A stretch of 64,000 nt of DNA. It comes from Mobula hypostoma. Lineage: Eukaryota. Within the stretch, counting starts at the first letter, position 1. Every line of letters starts with the position of its first letter. This document shows positions 9,790 through 23,987 of this stretch, piece after piece. A model generated the notes under the pieces. The model searched no databases. It was not told where the DNA came from and saw only the letters and a program-made list of their open reading frames with translations. The stretch covers positions 27,778,001-27,842,000 of the forward strand of contig NC_086097.1 of assembly GCF_963921235.1 (NCBI RefSeq). The letters are read 5' to 3'. Position numbers and translations under genes: made by a program.

Positions 9790-12700
9790 CAGGCAGGTGG
9801 TCACACCGGGGCCATGGGAGACAGACAAGTGGGTCACAGTCAGGAGGGGGAAGGGGAAAAGTCAGGTACTAGAGAGTACCCCTGTGGTTGTACCCCTTGA
9901 CAATAAGTACTCCTGTTTGAGTACTGTTGGGGGGTGGGGAGACAGCCTACTTGGGAGAAGCAACAGTGGCCGTGCCTCCGGCACAGAGTCCGGCTCTGTG
10001 GCTCAGAAGGGTAGGGAAAGGAAGAGAATGGCAGTAGTGATAGGGGACCCATAGTTAGGGGGTCAGACGGGCGATTCTGTGGACGCAGGAAAGAAACTCA
10101 GATGGTAGTTTGCCTCCCAGGTGCCAGGGTCCGGGATGTTTCTGATCACGTCCACGATATCCTGCAGTGGGAGGGAGAACAGCCAGAGGTTGTGGTACAT
10201 ATTGGTACCAATGACACAGGTAGGAAAAGGGAAGAGGTCCTGAAAACAGACTATAGAGAGTTGGGAAGGAAGTTGAGAAGCAGGACTGCAAAGGTAGTAA
10301 TCTCAGGATTACTGTCTGTACCACGCGATAGTGGGTATTCCACCGAGATGCAACACAGAGCGTCATAGGAAGTCATTCCTGCCTGTGGCCATCAAACTTT
10401 ACAACTCCTCCCTTGGAGGGTCAGACATCCTGAGCCAATAGGCTGGTCCTGGACTTATTTCATAATTTACTGGCATAATTTACATATTACTATTTAACTA
10501 TTTATGGTTTTATTACTATTTATTATTTATGGTGCAACTGTAACGAAAACCAATTTCCCCCAGGATCAATAAAGTATGACTATGACTCTGACACTAGGAA
10601 TAGAATGAGGTGGAGAATAAATGCGTGGCTGAGGAATTAGAGCAGGGGGCAAGGATTCAGATTTCTGGATCATTAGGACCTCTTTGGGGGCCTCTTTTGG
10701 GGTTGGCTCACAAACAGAGAAAGCTTGTAGACAGTGCAAGAGGGGGGATAGGCAGGTGATAGAGAAGGGACGCGCTCAGACCAATGGTTTGAGATGTGTC
10801 TATTTTAACGCAAGGAGTATTGTGAACAAAGCGGATGTGCTTAGAGCATGGATCAGTACTTGGAGCTATGATGTGGTGGCCATTACAGAGACTTGGATGG
10901 CTCAGGGACAGGAATGGTTACTTCAAGTGCCAGGTTTTAGATGTTTCAGAAAGGACAGGGAGGGAGGCAAAAGAGGTGGGGGCATGATACTGTTGTTCAG
11001 AGATAGTGTCACGGCTGTAGAAAAGGTGGACGTCATGGAGGGATTGTCTATGGAGTCTCTGGGTGGAGGTTGGGAACAGGAAGGGGTCAATAACTCTACT
11101 GGGTGTTTTTTATAGGCCGCCCAATAGTAACAGGGATATCGAGGAGCAGATAGAGAAACAGATCCTGGAAAGGTGTAATAATAACAGAGTTGTCGTGGTG
11201 GGAGGTTTTAATTTCCCAAATATCGATTGGCATCTCCCTAGAGCGAGGGGTTTAGATGGGGTGGAGATGATTAGGTGTGTTCAGGAAGGTTTCTTGACAC
11301 AATACATAGATCAGCCTACAAGAGGAGAGACTGTACTTGATCTGGTATTGGGAAATGAACCTGGTCAGGTGTCAGATCTCTCAGTGGGAGAGCATTTTGG
11401 AAATGGTGATCATTATTCTATCTCCTTTACCATAGCATTGGAGAGAGATAGGAACAGACAAGTTAGTAAAGCATTTAATTATGAGGCTATCAGGCAGGAA
11501 ATTGGAAGCTTAAATTCGGAGCAGATTTCTCGGAAAAGTACGGAAGAAATGTGGCAAATGTTCAGGGGATATTTGTGTGGAGTTCTGCATAGGTACGTTC
11601 CAATGAAACAGGGAAGTTATGGTAGGGTACAGGAACCGTGGTGTGCAAAGGCTGTAGTAAATCTAGTCAAGAAGAAAAGAAAAGCTTACAAAAGGTTCAG
11701 AGATTTAGGTAATGTTAGAGACCTAGAAGATTATAAGGCTAACAGGAAGAAGCTTAATAAGGATATTAGGAGAGCCAGAAGGGGCCATGAGAAGGCCTTG
11801 GTGGCCAGGATTAAGGAAAACCCCAAGGCATTCTGCAAGTATGTGAAGAGCAAGGGGATGAGATGTGAAAGAATAGGACCTATCAAGTGGGAAGGTATGT
11901 ATGGAACCAGAGGAAAAAGCAGAGGTACTGAATGTATACTTTACTTCAGTATTCACTATGGAAAAGAATCTTGGTGATTGTAGTGATTACTTGTAGTGGA
12001 CTGAAAAGCTTGAGATGGAGATATTAAGAAAGAGGATGTGCTGGAGCTTTTGGAAAGCATCAAGTTGGGGAAGTTGCCTGGACCGGATGAGATGTACCCC
12101 AGGCTACTGTGGAAGGCGAGGGAGGAGATTGCTGAACCACTGGCGATGATCTTTGCATCATCAATGGGGACGGGAGAGGTTCCAGAGGATTGGAGGGTTG
12201 TGGATGTTGTTCTTTTATTTAAGAAAGAGAATAGATATAGCCCAGGAAATTATAGACCAGTGTCTTACTTCAGTGGTTGGTAAGCTGATGGAGAAGATCC
12301 TGAGAGGCAGGATTTATGAACATTTGGAGAAGTATAATATGATTAGGAATAGTCAGCATGGCTTTGTCAAGGGCAGGTCGTGCCTTACGAGCCTGATTGA
12401 ATTTTTTGAGGATGTGACTACACACATTGATGAAGGAAGAGCAGTAGATGTAGTGTAGGTGGATTTCAGCAAGGCATTTGATAAGGTACCCCATGCAAGG
12501 CTTATTGAGAAAGTAAGGAGGCATGGGATCCAAGGGGACATTGCTTTGTGGATCCAGAACTGGCTTGCCCACAGAAGTCAAAGAGTGGTCGTAGACGGGT
12601 CATATTCTGCTTGGAGGTCGGTGACTAGTGGTGTGCCTCAGGGATCTGTTCTGGGACCCTTGCTCTTCGTGATTTTTATAAATTACCTGGATGAGGAAGT

Positions 12701-13630
12701 GGAGGGATGAGTTAGTAAGTTTACTGATGACACAAAGGTTGAAGGTGTTGTGGATAGTGTGGAGGGCTGTCAGAGGTTACAGCGGGACATCAATAGGATG
12801 TGAAACTGGGCTGAGAAGTGGCAGATGGAGTTCAACCCAGATAAGTGTGAGGTGGTTCATTTTGGTAGGTCAAGTATGATGGCAGAATATAGTATTAATG
12901 GTAAGACTCTTGGCAGTGTGGAGGATCAGAGAGATCTTGGGGTCCGAGTCCATTGGCGCTCAAAGCATCTGCGCAGGTTGACTCTGTGGTTAAGAAGGCA
13001 TATGGTGCATTGGCCTTCATCAATCGTGGGATTGAGTTCAAGAGCCGAGAGGTAATGTTGCAGCTATATAGGACCCTGGTCAGACCCCACTTGGAGTACT
13101 GTGCTCAGTTCTGGTCGCCTCACTACAGGAAGGATATGGAAGCCATAGAAAGGGTGCAGAGGAGATTTACAAGGATGTTTCCTGGATTGGGGAGCATGCC
13201 TTATGAAAATAGGTTGAGGGAACACAGCCTTTTCTCCTTGGAGCGACGGAGGATGAGAGGTGACCTGATAGAGGTGTATAAGATGATGAGAGGCATTGAT
13301 CATGTGGATAGTCAGAGGCTTTTTCCCAGGGCTGAAATGGTTGCCACAGGAGGATACAGGTTTAAGGTGCTGGGGAGTAGGTACAGAAGAGATGTCAGGG
13401 ATAAGTTTTTTACGCAGAGAGTGGTGAGTGCGTGGAATGGGCTGCCAGCAACGGTGGTGGAGGCGGATATGATAGGGTCTTTTACGAGACTTTTGGATAG
13501 GTACATGGAGGTTAGAAAAATAGAGGGCTATGGGTAAGCCTAGTAATTTCTAAGGTAGGGACATGTTCAGCACAACTTTGTGGGCTGAAGGGCCAGTATT
13601 GTGTTGTAGGTTTTCTGTTTCCATGTTTCT
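9790..13630 (+). mobile_element. Near full-length CR1 LINE (SGNH-esterase ORF1; APE+RT ORF2), inactivated
   Basis: ORF1 VIGD..VVCLPGA..VHIGTND; ORF2 [45 protein letters not shown](A)TG-type tail at ~13610-13630; several frameshifts and stops. Confidence 0.92.
10337..10594 (+). mobile_element. Short Rex1-tail element with (TATGAC)n tail, inserted in CR1 ORF1
   Basis: Starts ATTCCACCGAGATG and ends AATAAAGTATGACTATGAC; near-identical to 29386-29640 and 58827-59056. Confidence 0.88.
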
Positions 13631-14289
13631 AATTAAGTGCAAAAATGCTGCCTGACCTGCTGAGTTCCTCCCACGTCTTGCATGTAACATCATTACTTTG
13701 AGCTTCCAATCTACGTCACTGTGAAGTTCCAGCTTTCTATTTTGTAGATTTAATTTATTCCAGTACAGTATGTGTCTAAGGTCAAAATCAGGTTTATTAT
13801 CACTGACTTACTCTGATGTGAAATTTAAGGCAACAGTACAGCACAAAAACATAAAACTACTCTAAATTACAAAATAATTTGTGCAAAATAAAAGTCATGG
13901 GTTTGTCAACTGTTCAGAAATTTGATGGCAGGGGGACAGAAGCTATTTCCGAATCATTGAATGGGGCTCCGGCTTCCGTTCCTCTTCCCTGATGCTGGTC
14001 CTGAGAAAGTAGCATATCCCAGACGATGAAACCCCTGAATGAAGATGAATGCCTCACCCATTGGAGATGTCTTCAGTGGTGGAGGGAGTTGTCCCCATGA
14101 TGGAGATGGCTAAGACTACAATTCTGTGCAGCCTCTGTGATCCCATGCACCAGAGGCTCTGGGCCAAGCTGTGAGGCAATCAGTCAGAATGCTCTCCACG
14201 CTTACATCTGCAGAAATTTGAAATTTATTAAACTCTTCGGAGATACTGCAGTTGATCCCTTTTCTGAAAGATAATTCACTTTGGAAGGC

Positions 14290-16500
14290 TGAATCTGAAG
14301 AAAGAATAGAAGGTTAATAGCAGGATTCTTAACAGTGTGGAGGAACAGAGGGATTTTGGGATCCATAGATACCTCAAAGTTGCCACACCAGTTGATGGGG
14401 TTATTAAGAGGGTGCATAGTGTGTTGGCCCTCATTAGTCAGAAGATTAAGTTCAAGAGTTGTGAGGTAATGTTGCAACTCTTTTCATCTTTGGTTGGACC
14501 TCACTTGTAATATTGTGTTCAGCTCTGATTGCCTCACTGTAGGAAGGATGTTGAAGGTTTAGAGAGAGCACAGAGGAAATTTACCAGGATGCCGCCTGGA
14601 GTAGAGAGAATGCCTTATAAAGATAGGCTTAGCGAACTAAGGCTTTTTTCTTTGGAGAGGAGAAGGATGAGAAGCGATTTTATAGATGTGTACAGATGGT
14701 AAGAGACATATATAGAGCGGACACCCAGGGTAGTAATATGAGGGGGCATAATTTTAATGTGATTGAAGGAAAGTACAGGAGGACATCAGATGTAACTTTT
14801 TTATTTGCACGGAGTGGTGGGTGCACAGAGGTAGTGGTTAAGACAGATACATCAGGGATATTTAAGAGACACGTAGGCACATGGACGAAAGAAAAATAGA
14901 GGGTTATGTGGAAGGGAAGGGTTAGATTGATTTTAGACTAGGGTAAAAGGTTGACAAAACATTGTTCTATCTAAAACTGGTTGAGTAAATAGTTCCATGC
15001 ACTGCATTCAACTCGGGATCTTCAAGTAAGAGAGAATTTTAAAGATTTGGGGGTGACAGAGGGTTATCCTCTCAAGATAAATGCTGCTGTCTTAAAAAAG
15101 GACCTTGTCATAAGGTTTATTTCACAGTGCTGGAGAAAGATAAATGAGAGTTGCTGCCACCATCGGCACAGTTAGTTAGATGGTAGTTAAAATGATCACC
15201 TGGGAATTACTGTAGCAGCAGACTGAGTCTGGCTTTACAACTTTAACTTGCAGAAAGACAGGAGGCCTTCACTAACACACCTTTGGCAATTCACAACAGA
15301 TAGCATGAAATGGGAGAGTGGGGGATGGAGCATCTGTTTGTACCTGAAAAATCCATCATCAAGGTTCCCCACCGTCCAAGCCACACTCTCTTCTCGCCGC
15401 TACAGTCGGGCAGAAGGTACAGGAGCATTAGGTTCCACAGCACCTGATTCAGGAACAGTTATTACCCTACAAACATCAGACTTCTGAACCAGTGTGGATA
15501 ACTTTACTCACCTTAACTATGAACTGATTCCACAACCTATGGATGATTAAGGACTCTTCAATATTATTTATTTACTTTTTAAAAATTTGCGTAGGTTCTT
15601 TTCTTTTGCACATTGGTTGTTTGTCAGTCTTTGTGTGCAGTTTTCCATGGATTCTATTGCATTTTGTTCTACTGTAAATGCCTGCAAGAAAATGAGTCTT
15701 ACAGTAGTATACGTACTGTGATAAGAAATTTACTTTAAACTTTGCAATTGAGAGGAAGGAGCCATTGCTGCAAGGTGGTACAAGTCTAGATAGTTAATTT
15801 TCAATCGCTTGGAAATAATGGGCCAACCATCCGCATTCTTAGCTCTGTATTTTCTGATCGATACTTAAATCGAATAAGAGAAATGGGGGAGAGGTCTAGA
15901 TTACACAGAGCAGGCTCTGCTTTTGTTCTCTGGGAAGTTAATGTAATGTGCGTTGACACCATTAGACACAGGAGCAGAATTAAACGCATGGAGTTTGCTG
16001 TGCCATTCCATCATGGCTGAGTTATCATCCCTCTCTATTCTCCTGCTTTCTTCCCATAACCTTTGATGCCCTTACTGATCAAGAACCTATCAACCTCTGC
16101 TTTAAATATGCCCAATGACATGGCCTCATGTGGCAAAGAATTCCACAGATTTACCACCCTCTGGCTTAAGAAATTCCTCCTCAGGTTTGTTCTAAAGGGA
16201 TGCCCCTCTATTCCAAGGCTGTGCCCTCTGGTCCAAGATTCCCCCACTATAGGAAACATCTTCTCCACGTCTAGTCCCTTCATTATTCGATAGGTTTCAA
16301 TGAAATCCTTCCTGCTACTGATTCTATTAATTTCCAGCAAGTACAGGCTCACCCAAAGCCAACAAATGCTCTGCATATATTAACCCTTTCATTCCTGGGA
16401 TTATTCTTGTGAACCTCCTCTGGACCCTTGCCAATGCCAGAATACCACAAAGAGCCCAGAATAAACCAAGTACAATCTGCCCAATGCCTGATGAGCAAGG
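14290..16500. mobile_element. Cluster of old CR1 (14290-14970 +, ~15960-16500 -) and Rex1-type (~15340-15745 +) 3' fragments
   Basis: CR1 C-terminal motifs (TRGHS..NFLSQRVVNLWNSLP) and a Rex1-type ..GTRFRNSYYP.. remnant. Confidence 0.65.
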
Positions 16501-18035
16501 TCATTGAACAGCACAGGAGCTGGCCTTTCGGCCCATCATGATGCTGATTTAAACCGCACTTTCAATAACAAAGCAATACTGGAGATTATCTTCATCTCCG
16601 GAGATGCAATATTTGTTTTTCATCTTTGAGTGGAAAACACATTGCAGTTGAACAATGGTGATGGCTTGAATATTTATTAGGTCGCTAACTGGGCTAGTGG
16701 GAACGTTACAGAATTTATTACAGCATATGCTCTTTTAGCACTGAATGTAGTCACTGGCATTTCATAGCATCATAGGCTGCTACCAAAAGGAGATGATTTG
16801 ACCCATCAAGTCATCCTAGCCCTTACAAAGAGCAATCTGGGTAGTGGAAGGCTACCATTAACTCCTTATTCAAATCCTAACCACCCATTAAAAAAATATA
16901 TCCCTCCTCGCTGACTTCTTTCCCTGTCAACAGGGGTGTTATGTGTTATGGGATGATGGGAGTACCTTCCCAAGCCATAATGATCCCACTATGCTGATAT
17001 GCTTGATTGTCCAGGACAGTGTTAGTAGTGGGAGGTGTTCTGGACAGGATGAAGAGGAGATTCACCAGGATTTTGGCTGGGATGGAGTGACTGAGAGACT
17101 GGAAATTCTGGGTTTGTTTTCCTTGGAGCAGAGGAGTCTGAAGGTGGATGAAGTAGACAATAGTAAGATCATACCAATGATAGGTTAATTGGCCACATGG
17201 GTGTAATTGGGCTTCCCGGGCTCGTTGTGCTGGAAGGGCTTGCTACTATGCTTTATTGCGAAAGAAGCGCCTGTGATTCTGGGACAACGGTAATGAGTAA
17301 GAGGTTTATAGAGTTAGAGCACTATAGCGCAGAAACACGCGCTTCAGCGCATCTACATTAAATGAGGGTTTTTCTTGACACCATCAAGCGCACTGTCCTG
17401 TACTTACTTGGGCTTTCCCTGTTGTCTTTCTTGAATAGTCGTACTGCATTTTGTTGTCCTCAAATCACCTAGCACTGCAGCTGCGAATATTAAAAAAAAA
17501 ACAATTTCCTGTCTAGTCTGGGATGCTTCTCATCAGGCACTGAGGATTTATTCACCTCTACGCCCGCTAAAACATACACCCTCCATTTTTAATGTTAATC
17601 AGAATATCCAATCCTTCTCCCTGAAACCTCCAACCACAATGCCTTCTCCCTATTGAATACGAGATTACAGCATACGTACTGTCTGTACTTTCTATCCTGA
17701 GTTATTGTAGTGATTGTAAACAGGTTCAACATGTCTCCTTTGATCCTCACCAATTTTTATCTATCACCATAGAAAGCACCTATCTAGCTTGATGTGGCAA
17801 CTGCTGTGCCCGTGACCCTAAGAAACTGTAGAGAGTTTTGACACGGCTCAGGATATCAGCCTTCCCTCCACAGACTCTGTCTACACTTCTCACTGCCTCA
17901 GTAAAGCAAACAGTATTATCCAAGACTCCATCCACCCCAGATGTTTTCTCTTCTCCCCCTTCCATCGGGCAGAAGATACAAAAGCCTGAAAGCACGAACC
18001 ACCAGGTTCAAGGACAGCTTCTATCCCGCTGTTTT

Positions 18036-18915
18036 TAAAGCAAAATGAACTTTATTCATTACAAAATCTTTACAAGAATAAACCGTTCAATACCTTTTCA
18101 ATCTTTACATTCGTAGCCAGTGCTTTCCATACTGTTCTACTACATTCATACACACCAATGGCACCGCTGGCCTCATGTGTCACTGTGGGTTGGCATACTG
18201 CTTCAAAAATAATTGCGGGACCTCCTCCCTCTCCGGTAGAGGAAGACCCCTACACTGTGGTCTTACTCCCACCGAGCCCCTGCAGGGGCTGCACCAAGCT
18301 TCCGTGCATCCCTCAGCACGAACTCCTGCAGCCTGGGATGTGCCAGTCGGCAGCGTTCATCCACGGACATCGCGATGTGCTGGCAGACCAACATGTTTCG
18401 GGCAGACCAAAGAGCGTCTTTCACCGAGCTGATGATCTGCCGACAGCACGGAATGCTTGTCCCTGGTGAAGCCGTAGATCAGATTCTGGTCAGCATGAAC
18501 CGTGACGTCTTTCTCCGCACACTCCTCACAAACCCGCAGTCTGCAAAGAGATGAACGACTGTCTCTTCCCCTCGACAGTCATCCTGCGGGCAGCGAGCTG
18601 TGGGAGTGAAGCTCCTGGCATGCGGGAAGGATCTGACTGGGAGGGCCCCTCTCACCGCCAGCCAGGCAAGGTCTTGGTGCCTGTTAGTGAGGCCTGGCGA
18701 TGAGGCATTCTGCCAGATGGTCTGGACAGTCTGCTCAGGAAACCACCCCAATGTGTCCATCGAGTCCTTCTGCTGCAGTGTCTGCAGGATGTTCCGTGCT
18801 GACCAATGCCAGATGTGGTCAAAGCAGTTGGTGCGGAAGAACTTTCCACGTAGGACAGGTAGTGCAGATGCACGTTGCGCGGCAACACTGGCGGCAGATA
18901 GAACATAGTGCTAAT
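18036..18915 (-). mobile_element. L1/Tx1-clade LINE 3' fragment nested in an older Rex1-type remnant (~17770-19140)
   Basis: IWQNASSPGLTNRHQDLAWLAVRGALPV...CPQDDCRGEETVVHLFADC is the zinc-binding C-terminus typical of Tx1/L1 ORF2; minus-strand AATAAA near 18052. Confidence 0.75.
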
Positions 18916-19192
18916 TGGTGTCAACGTATTCTCAAGCGGACCTCTTGTACCGTAAAGATGAACTCTTGATCTCACAATCTACCGTCATGGATCTTGTACT
19001 TGTCTGCCTGCACTGTACTTTCTATGTAATTTAACTACATTATTGTTTTTCCCTTGAACTACCTCGATGCATTGATGTCGTGAATCGAAGTGTGGATGGC
19101 ACGCAAGTTTTTCCACTGTAATTCGGCACACATGACGATAATACGCCAGGCTCTTCCTGATTTGTTTGGCTCGGTGTCTCGCTGCGCTGCTC

Positions 19193-19207
19193 CCACCAGG
19201 GGGAGCA
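19193..19207 (+). promoter_or_regulatory. Candidate CTCF site
   Basis: CCACCAGGGGGAGCA is a close match to the CTCF core CCACCAGGGGGCGC and lies in non-repeat sequence. Confidence 0.55.
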
Positions 19208-19255
19208 GCTGCACCAGTTTTCAGCCACACTAACAGTAGATGAAAGAAGACTGCA

Positions 19256-19338
19256 AATAAAAAAAACTAACACACTTCTTTCATTCTATTGGTGAGTTTA
19301 TTTCATTTCAAAAACAGACAGTAGCAAGTACATTTATT
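19256..19338 (-). terminator. Candidate distal polyadenylation region (two AATAAA plus downstream GU/U-rich element)
   Basis: Minus-strand AATAAA at 19333-19338 and 19297-19302, followed by GTGTGTTAG and a T-run. Confidence 0.45.
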
Positions 19339-22300
19339 CACACAAATGTCTCTGAAAGTGTGAGCCCTTGTTTACAATTGTAATCCTTAGTTTAAAACTG
19401 AATGAAACTGAAGCCAGCGTATTCGTACAGGCCAAACATTGCACCAGTTCGTAAAAGTATTAGTTTACAGAGCACAGTTCTCTCTACCATCTGACGCGAG
19501 TTTTCAAGTTGATACAACTTATCAGTATATTCCCTAAAAACACAGGGATAGTTGCTTCCGTTATGACACCAAGTTTATAAACTCTCCCTCTCGCAATATT
19601 AAAATAATCCTGATTTGATCATCTCTACAATAAATAAACCATATTATAAAAACCATGTCACTCTTGTAAATATGCCCCTAACTACCACCACCACCACCAC
19701 TATATTACATATAACAAGCTAATATTTCTCTCCAGGCCTGAGTGATATATATGTACAGCGACGGATGAAAAATTCAGTACTTTGGCATTCCACTTTGATT
19801 TAAAAATCTTCGCTACCGACTCGTTGTTGTCAAGGTTCTACACAGAAAAGCTTCAACACTTTCAATTCCTAGCCCAGCTAGAAGATAGAGACTATTTTTG
19901 AACAGACGGTTGAATAGATAACATACAGGTACAGTCTTGTGTTGCATAAAGGAGGATTTCCACAGTGTGTGTGACTCACGTTGTCTCAGGAGAAATAACC
20001 TGCACAACACACAAGCATTGCTGTGTGGTTTGTTTTGCCTGTTACAACTTAAGAGTGTGTGCACGTGTACAATATGTATTATAGAAACTACTCATACATC
20101 AAGCCATATTAAATAAGTACAGTAGCTATTCACAATATATCTCCCTTCCCCCAACACACCTCTAAAACTTTGACAATCGAACTCATTGTTAAAATGTTCC
20201 ACCGTTTAATTAAATTTCTACTTCCATATTATAAAACCCAAGTCACTCTTGCCCGTAGTTACCACCAAATATGCACGTAACTACTGTCGAGTCTGACAAA
20301 GGCTGCCTTCAAGTTTGCACGATCACTAGGTGAGGAATGGAAATAATTTTGTTACAGTTTGTTCCACTTTGGACAAAGCAAGTAATGGGTTATGGGGATG
20401 GGGGAGGGGGGTGACTGCTGGGCAGGAGTGTGGTAGTTCAATGGTTAAATTACTGCACTAATAATCCAGAGGAAGCGATCTAATTAGGTTGACAGCAGAG
20501 AAATGTAAATTTAATTAGTGTAAAATTTGGAGCATTTAAGAAACTTGTAGATAGGCACATGGTTGATAGAAAAAAATGGAGGGTTATGTAGGAGGGAAGG
20601 TTGGCGTAGGTTAAAAGGTCATCACACTATTGTGTTCTAATTAGTTAAATAATCCGGAGTTAGTAACTGTAACTACCCAAGGATGAAAGAAAATGGAGGA
20701 CTATGTTAAAAGGTCAGCACACCATTGTGGGGCAAGAACCCGTACCGTTCTATGTACCCTGACGATGTAGTTGGGGATAGCTTTAGTAGAATTGTGGTTA
20801 CCCTTCAGTAAGACTGTTGAAGAGCTTCCACATAGTAGACTGACCTGGAAGGTTAGATCACATGAAATCCCATTATACCATGCAAAAGAGGTTTCACCAG
20901 GTTGCTAGTGGAATAGAACGTCTGAGCAGCAAAATGTTTTCTGAACTCAGGTTCTTTAGACCATAAGAGTAGGAGCAGAATCAGACCATTCAGCCCATCG
21001 AGTCTGCTCTGCCATTCCATCATGGCTGATCCCGGATCCTGCTCAACCCCATACACCTGCCAGTCGCCATACCCTTTGATGCCCTGACCAATCAGGAATT
21101 GATCAACTTCTACCCATGGCCTCCACCACAGTCTGTGCAGAGCATTCCATAGATTCATTCCTACCTGGCTAAAACACTGTCACAGGCTGAGAGCAGACTG
21201 ACAGAAGCTTTTAGAATTATGAGAGGCACACACAGATAGGGTAGGCAGTCTTTTTTGCCAAGGCAGAAATGTCAAATACTAGAGGACACACATTTAAAGA
21301 GGAGGGACAGATAAAGAGAAGCAAAGCGATAAAGAGGGGGGCCAGAATGGGGAATGGAAAAAGAGAGAAGGGAGAGGGGGGAAGAAATTGCTGGAAGTTG
21401 GAGAAACTGATGTACATGCTGTCAGTTGGAAGCTATCAGACGGACTATGAGGTGTGGGACTCCATCGTGTATCTTTTTTGCTACATAATTATGACAACCA
21501 TGTTTAAGAATTTTTACCCTTCAAATTGTTGTTAAAATGACAGTGAGGAAAGAATGGAGGAGGTCATTTTCAGGAGAGATTTCACTGATCAGTTGAATTG
21601 CTGCGTTTCCACTGTCTGGCTTGGAAATGGATCAGGTGCAGATGAGGTTCCTTGAAGAGGAAGAGCTGTACGGCAGAGACACCAGGCCTTTCAGCACACA
21701 ATGTTGTGTCGACTTTTTAACCTACATTAAGAACAATCTAATCCTTCCTTCTTACATGGTCCTCCATGTTTCTATCATCCATGTGCCTACCTACCCCCAC
21801 CCTTGACAGAGTGTTCCACACATCCGTCACTCTCTGACATTCCCTTGTATTAGCCATTTCCAACCTGGGAAAAAAGTCTCTGGCTATCCGCTGAACCCAT
21901 GCCTCTTATCATCTTGTATACTTCTACTAATTCACCTCTCATCTGCCTTCCCTCCAAAAGAGAAAAGTCCAGCTCCTTCAGCCTTTCCTCATAAGACATG
22001 CTCTCTAATTCAGGCAGCATCCTGGTTAATCTCTTCTGCACCCTCTTTAAAGTTTCCACAGCTTTCCTATAATGAGGTGAACCAGAAATGAACACAATAT
22101 CCCTAGTATGGCCAAACCAGTGTTTTATAGAGCTATAACATTACCTCATCGATCTTAAACTGTCACCATGAGCCCTTGATCTCATAGTAACTGTTGTACC
22201 TGTCTACGCTAGATAACCCCTTAGGTCAACAGCAGAGTAACTGGTTTCATTCCTGTTTTATGTGCAAAGCTCAGTCAGACTTCTTCCCAAGTTTGGACTT

Positions 22301-22394
22301 ACCAAATGTAAGCAGGAGTGGAAATCTCTGGGATATGATAGATTTACAGAGAATACCAAAGCAGTGCATATCTTGACAAAGGATTTGAGATACA

Positions 22395-23987
22395 CAGCGG
22401 CATGCAAAAGTTTGGACACCCCTGGTCAAAATTTATGTTACTGTGAATAGCTAAGCGAGTAAAAGATGACCTGATTTCCAAAAGGCATAAAGTTAAAGAT
22501 GACACATTCCTTTAATTATTTTAAGCAAGATTACTTTTTTATTTCCAAATAAAATAACAAAAAAGAAAAAAGGCCCAAAGAAAAAGTTTGGGCACCCTGC
22601 ATGGTCAGTACTTAGTAACACCCCCTTTGGCAAGTATCACAGCTTGTAAACGCTTTCTGTAGCCAGCTAAGAGTTTTTCAATTCTTGTTTGGGGGATTTT
22701 CGCCCATTCTTCCCTGCAAAAGGCTTCTAGTTCTGTGAGATTCTTGGGCCATCCTGCATGCACTGCCCTTTTGAGGTCTATCCACAGATTCTCAATGATG
22801 TTTAGGTCGGGGGACTGTGAGGGCCATGGCAAAACCATCAGCTTGCGCCTCTTGAAGTAGTCTATTGTGGATTTTGAGGTGTGTTTAGGATCATTATCCT
22901 GTTGTAGAAGCCATCCTCTTTTCATCTTCAGCTTTTTTACAGTGTGATGTTTGCTTCCAGAATTTGCTGGTATTTAATTGAATTCATCCTTCCCTCTACC
23001 AGTAAATGTTCCCCATGCCACTGGCTGCAACACAAGCCCAAAGCATGATCGATCCACTCCCGTGCTTAACAGTTGGAGAGGCATTCTCTTCATGAAGTTC
23101 TGCACCTTTTTTTCTCCAAACATACCTTTGGTCATTGTGGCCAAAAAGTTCTATTTTAACTTCATCAGTCTACAGGACTTGTTTCCAAAATGCATCAGGC
23201 TTGTTTAGATGTTCCTTTGCAAACTTCTGACGCTGAATTTTGTGGTGAGGACGCAGGAAAGGGTTTCTTCTGATGACTCTTCCATGAAGGTCATACTTCT
23301 GCAGGTGTCGCTGCACAGTAGAACAGTGTACCACCACTCCAGGGTCTGCTAAATCTTCCTGAAGGTCTTTTGCTGTTAAACGGGGGTTTTGATTTGCCTT
23401 TCTAGCAATCCTATGAGCAGTTCTCTTGGAAAGTTTTCTTGGTCTTCCAGACCTCAACTTGACCTCCACCATTCCTGTTAACTGCCATTTCTCAATTACA
23501 TTATGAACTGAGGAAACGGCAACCTGAAAACACTTTGCTATCTTCTTATAGCCTTCTCCTATTTTGTGGGCATCATTTATTTTAATTTTCAGCGTGCTAG
23601 GCAGCTGCTTAGAGGAGCCCATGGCTGCTGATTGTTGGAATAAGGTTTGAGGAGTCAGGGTATTTATAAAGCTTTGAAATTTGCATCACCTGGCCTTTCC
23701 TAATGATGACTGTGAACAAGCCGTAGCCCTAACAAGCTAATTAAGGTCTGAGGCCTTGGTAAAAGTTATCTGAGAGCTCAAATCTCCTGGGGTGCCCAAA
23801 CTTTTGCATGGTGTTCCTTTCCTTTTTTTCACTCTAATATTGTACAAAACAAAAATCCTTAAAATGTTGAAAAGAATGTTTCATCTTTAACTTTATGACT
23901 TTTGGAGATTAGTTCATCTTCTATTCACTTAATTATTCACAGTAACAGAAATTTTGACTGGGGTGCCTGAACTTTTGCATGCCACTG
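22395..23987 (-). mobile_element. Second full-length Tc1 (DD34E) transposon of a different family, disrupted
   Basis: Termini CAG(C/T)GGCATGCAAAAGTT; right TA at 23988-23989, left TA reads CA. Transposase 23622->22605: GEGYKKIAK..RSGRPRK..QQDNDPKH..SPDLNIIENLW. Confidence 0.92.
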
